Positions 35,069 to 38,853 of a stretch of 38,853 nucleotides of DNA are shown in pieces; position 1 is the first letter of the stretch; every line of letters begins with the position of its first letter. The position numbers were made by a program, and so were the translations under genes. The notes beneath the pieces were generated by a model. It was not told the origin of the DNA. It was given only the letters and a program-made list of their open reading frames with translations, and made no database searches. Source of the stretch: Neoconidiobolus thromboides FSU 785 (lineage: Eukaryota; Fungi; Entomophthoromycota). The stretch covers positions 1 to 38,853 of the forward strand of contig MU626439.1 in assembly GCA_025603075.1 (NCBI GenBank). Reading direction: 5' to 3'.

Positions 35069-35740
35069 ATGACCTTCAACACACTTGAAAGTAACTCCAA
35101 CGAAGCAGGAATAGCAGCAAGAAAGTTATTACGACAGGAAGGGATCGGGACATTATCTACTATTTATAATCCATCACCACAACAGGGTGGTCATCACAAC
35201 CTTGAGAAACTAGAGGCAGGCAATAATTTATCCGGTTACCCATTTTGTATCTTCGACTACTATATTGATCTTAATGAAACTTATGGAGATCCTATATTGC
35301 TGGTATCAACCATGCAAAAAAGCTACCATAATTTCAGTTCTAATCCTAAAGTAGCTTTTACAGTCCGTGAACCTGGGGGTACTAAAATCATGGGAAATAG
35401 TAGATTTTGTTTGATGGGAGAAATAGCACGATTGGAAGAAGAGTTAATTGAGTTAGCAAAACAAGCGTTTTTGAAAAAACATAGTGATACTAAGTTTTGG
35501 TTGGGCTGGAAAGACTTTCAATTTTATCGTATTAAAGTTCAGTCTATTTATTGGGTTGGTGGGTTTGGCAACTCGCATTATATTGGGGATGTTCCATTGT
35601 TGCAATATAAGAATGTTGATACAAGTATATTAAAAAAAAAAGTTGTATTCATCCATAGGCATTTCTTTGGTGGTGTAGGGTTACTTTTTATTATTTTATT
35701 TTTATATTACATCCACTTGTCGCTTCCAATATTGCTATAA
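35069..35740 (+). CDS. CREG: CREG-like / pyridoxamine 5'-phosphate oxidase-fold (split barrel) protein
   Basis: Motifs ARKLL...GTLSTI, GYPF, GDPILLVS, NPKV.FTV, RFCLMG, AFLKKH.D.KFW, DFQFYRI and YWVGGFG. Confidence 0.8.
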   Translation: MTFNTLESNSNEAGIAARKLLRQEGIGTLSTIYNPSPQQGGHHNLEKLEAGNNLSGYPFCIFDYYIDLNETYGDPILLVSTMQKSYHNFSSNPKVAFTVREPGGTKIMGNSRFCLMGEIARLEEELIELAKQAFLKKHSDTKFWLGWKDFQFYRIKVQSIYWVGGFGNSHYIGDVPLLQYKNVDTSILKKKVVFIHRHFFGGVGLLFIILFLYYIHLSLPILL

Positions 35741-36703
35741 GAGATAATAAAGTATAAGTTATTTTATATATTCCTGTCTTTATAAACTGAATTTTCTAAG
35801 TCGTAATATAATATATGTGTACCCAAATAGTTTTATTTTAAAAGACGCGTAATTATATTTTATTGTAAGTTGACAACGTCATCCTACAAAAAGAAATAGC
35901 AGGCTTTTATTTTTGATAATACCAATAGAATATTATTATAATAGCAAATTAGTTAGTGTGTAGTTTAAAATTATAGCATAATAATTCTTTAGTTTAGAAT
36001 TTATTTTTAAAAAGTTAGCATTTTATTAGGTTATTTTCTTTATACTGGTATTATTATATTAAATGATAGTTGTTTTGACTTATTAATTTTTGTTTTAAAG
36101 CTAAAATAGCATGGTTATGCAAAACAGTTTAAAAAATAGCATTAAAAACATCTATTAAAGTCTGTTTAAGTTTGAATGTGGGCTAGTTAGCGATGTTTTT
36201 TATAATTAATAGTTTATAATTTCACTAACTTGGAGCCTGAAACTCAAAATTTTAGTCTTAAGTGGATAATTTTTAGTGTACATTTGAGCTTACAAATGTA
36301 AAAAATAATAGCAAAATTGAAGATCACTTATTAAAAGTGATTAATAACCCTGTTCTACATAAGGCTAGGCTAAAATATAGTATACAAGTAGAATAAGTTT
36401 AATTTTATGAATGACACCCTTTGTTGCCACATTTCTAGCTAGTTTTAAGCTTAAAAGTACGATCAAAGTAATGAATATGTTTTAAAATTGTTAACTTTTG
36501 CTAATTTAAAGTTGATTTTTAAAATGTTGACTTAATTGTTAACTCACCGAACACCAACTACTAATTAAGTACAAAAGTGTATTAATATGGACATTAAATA
36601 CCCCTAGTAGATTAAGAAGGCTTTTATATTATTAATTATTCGTGTGATTTAAAGTATATAAAAAGTATAAAAAGAATAAATATTTTAAAAGAAAGAATAA
36701 ATC

Positions 36704-37381
36704 ATGTTTTTGAGCATATTATTTCCAAAGTGTAACACTAGTAAAGTGGATAGGCAGGACAGAAAGAGATTTTCTACTGGTACCTTAGTTTATTTATACC
36801 GCCCCATTGAAATTAAAGAAAGTCAATATGACTTCACATCAAAGAGTATATTCAATTTAAACCATATAATCATTCGAGAAAGTTTTGAAAATTCGATTAA
36901 ACAATTAAATTGTATCAGCAAAACTTATAAACACTCCACTCTATCATTAAGCGGCGTTGGAACTGTGGCTACTCTTCGTAGTAATATATCGACAAAACAA
37001 AAATTGATGTGGTCTATTTCTATCTGTAATTGGAAGTATTTTAATGATTTGGATTATCATACTATCTGTATCGAAACTGGGGATGGTAAATGGTTTATGA
37101 TAGAGTTTATATCGAATAATGAAACTGTGCTTCTGTTGTTAGATGCTACTAATAATATGAATGATTGGAAGCTAATTGTAGTGGAAAGTAAACAGATTTT
37201 AGGCACAGTCAAATTTGATTTTATAAAATTAAAAGAAGTGGCTAAAGTTACAATCGATAGTATTAATACTATTTTAGATTTACCTGAAGGTTTAATTGTA
37301 TTTATGTTAGGTCATATTATATCTCAAAGATCATCTATCATCAATTATTTTAATCCTTCCCCTTTAAGGTTAAAATTTTAA
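36704..37381 (+). CDS. Hypothetical intronless protein, 225 aa
   Basis: A 678-nt ATG-initiated open frame in DNA where stops are otherwise very frequent. No family recognised. Confidence 0.65.
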   Translation: MFLSILFPKCNTSKVDRQDRKRFSTGTLVYLYRPIEIKESQYDFTSKSIFNLNHIIIRESFENSIKQLNCISKTYKHSTLSLSGVGTVATLRSNISTKQKLMWSISICNWKYFNDLDYHTICIETGDGKWFMIEFISNNETVLLLLDATNNMNDWKLIVVESKQILGTVKFDFIKLKEVAKVTIDSINTILDLPEGLIVFMLGHIISQRSSIINYFNPSPLRLKF

Positions 37382-37716
37382 TAAAATGTTATTTATTTTT
37401 CACTTTAATTAGTTTTATATCGTATCTTTATCATTGTAAAAACCACATTAAACTATAATTTCCCATTTTACTGTATAGATCAATAAAACATAAATACTTA
37501 TATAATAGCTTCTGCCAAAACCTATATACATAGTTAATAGTAATCACCATTGGGAATTTCTTTCCTATCACAGTAAGTTATATCATGCCAACAACTTGCT
37601 CACGTTGGTTACTGTAATTGTATAGTTCATCAAGTCTATGTTCTAGTGAAGGGGTCAATGTGTAACTTATAAATAAATACGCTTATTACGTTGGTTGAAT
37701 GTATCGTTATTATAAT

Positions 37717-37820
37717 ATATCGGGATGTTTTTTTTGCTTCATTACTTTTTCTATCTTTTAAGCGCTATTTGAGCGGAAAGATTGTTAGTACAATCCTTAA
37801 ACAAAGAATGCATTCCCGTA
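37717..37820 (+). mobile_element. MITE family copy L
   Basis: ta|tcgggatgtttttttt...aagcgctatttgagcggaaagattgttagta...cattcccg|ta. Confidence 0.9.
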
Positions 37821-38350
37821 CTATGCTAATGGAATTCGAACAAAGAATTTAGGTGTTTGAATAGGCAAAGTGCTTTTATATAATCATATAAGGTATTTAG
37901 GAATAGAAATACTAATAGGAAGTAACTAACGGTTTTTATATAAAAGAGGCTGCAGTTTATTAAATAAAAGTGAGGTTATTTATGTTTTGAATACAAAGCA
38001 AAATTGTTGCAAATATTACTATTAGTTACTCTTTTTGAAAACTTAGTGTATTTGCTATAAGCTTATTCTAACAAATGTGCAATAGCTCAAATAACTAGCC
38101 ATTTTTTATATGAAAATAAATAAAAAATACTAAACATAAATTGTTTATAGCACTAAACTACAATCCATTTTACAAATATTATAATAAATCGACATTTTAA
38201 TTCTAGGATACTATCCATCAATCATAGCTTTTTAATACTTTTAATGCTTTTTAAAACATAAGTAATATGGTACAAATGCATTTTATATAAAGTAATAATA
38301 ACAACAAATAGTATAAAAGGGAATTGATATACAAATCAATCAGCCTAGAA

Positions 38351-38853
38351 ATGGATAAAAATATAGATTTATTCTCTAAAAAACCAATTTACTCTTTTTC
38401 AACACTAGATAATTCAAGTAATGTGTTTAATGAATTATCTTCTCAATCTACATTAACTACAAACTACAAGACTCCTTTACCTTATAACGCAAAAGTAATT
38501 TTATTCTTAGTTTTTTTTAGTTTTTTTAGTTTTCTAATTTTTTATAGCAATTACCACTTTCTGATAATAAAGTTAATACTCGATATCACCCAGAAGATAG
38601 TTACCGCTTTCCGATTGATCCAGAAGATTTCACTCGTTATGGTTATATTAAGAATTGTAATATTAATTATTAAACAATGATAAAAATTACTAATATGTTT
38701 GAAGATATCATAAAGAATCATATGGGTGATATTCATCTTGGTATTGAAGAATCTAATCAATTAAAGATAAAAGTAAATATAAAGTATATTTCATTTTGAT
38801 TATTAATACTTTTTATTAGATGAAATCAAATATCAATTATTATCGTATTAAAT
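38351..38853 (+). CDS. Hypothetical multi-exon gene, 5' part (exons ~38351-38494, 38548-38656, 38705-38772, 38820->end)
   Basis: ATG at 38351. GT-AG introns of 47-53 nt join the frames MDKNIDLF...NAK/QLPLSDN...PEDFTRYGYIKN/YIIKNHMGDIHLG.../MKSN. Truncated by the window end. Confidence 0.55.

Noticed and set aside
38548-38853. GDIHLG resembling the casein kinase 1 GDIYLG motif
   Set aside because: There is no glycine-rich loop or VAIK lysine motif in the predicted splice form, and the gene is truncated by the window end.

Overview
Very AT-rich eukaryotic DNA with short (about 45-70 nt) GT-AG introns. The gene set suggests an early-diverging fungus (inference): Ecm33-like and Cys-rich GPI proteins, TAF1 ending in a zinc knuckle without bromodomains, and a DIRS-like relic. 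Housekeeping genes are RPA2, TAF1, an acyl-CoA oxidase, ECO1, ALG11, an ECM33-like gene and a CREG-like gene, plus a Cys-rich GPI protein and three hypothetical genes. The ORF track missed a secreted Gln-Phe-Gly repeat protein at the left edge (461 to <1, minus strand). The main candidate new system is an intronless homolog of the bacterial alpha-hydroxyketone quorum-sensing autoinducer synthases (CqsA/LqsA family, PLP-dependent acyl-CoA condensing enzyme). It ends in the peroxisomal signal SKL and is transcribed divergently from an acyl-CoA oxidase ending in PKL. This two-gene unit lies between two ~99% identical ~535-bp direct repeats and clusters of a ~105-bp TA-flanked MITE family (13 near-full copies and 3 half copies in the window), some of which form long foldback structures. 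Decayed retroelement fragments fill the long intergenic regions. No rRNA, tRNA or CRISPR array is supported. All family assignments rest on motifs recognised by eye and on my recollection of reference proteins; no database searches were run.
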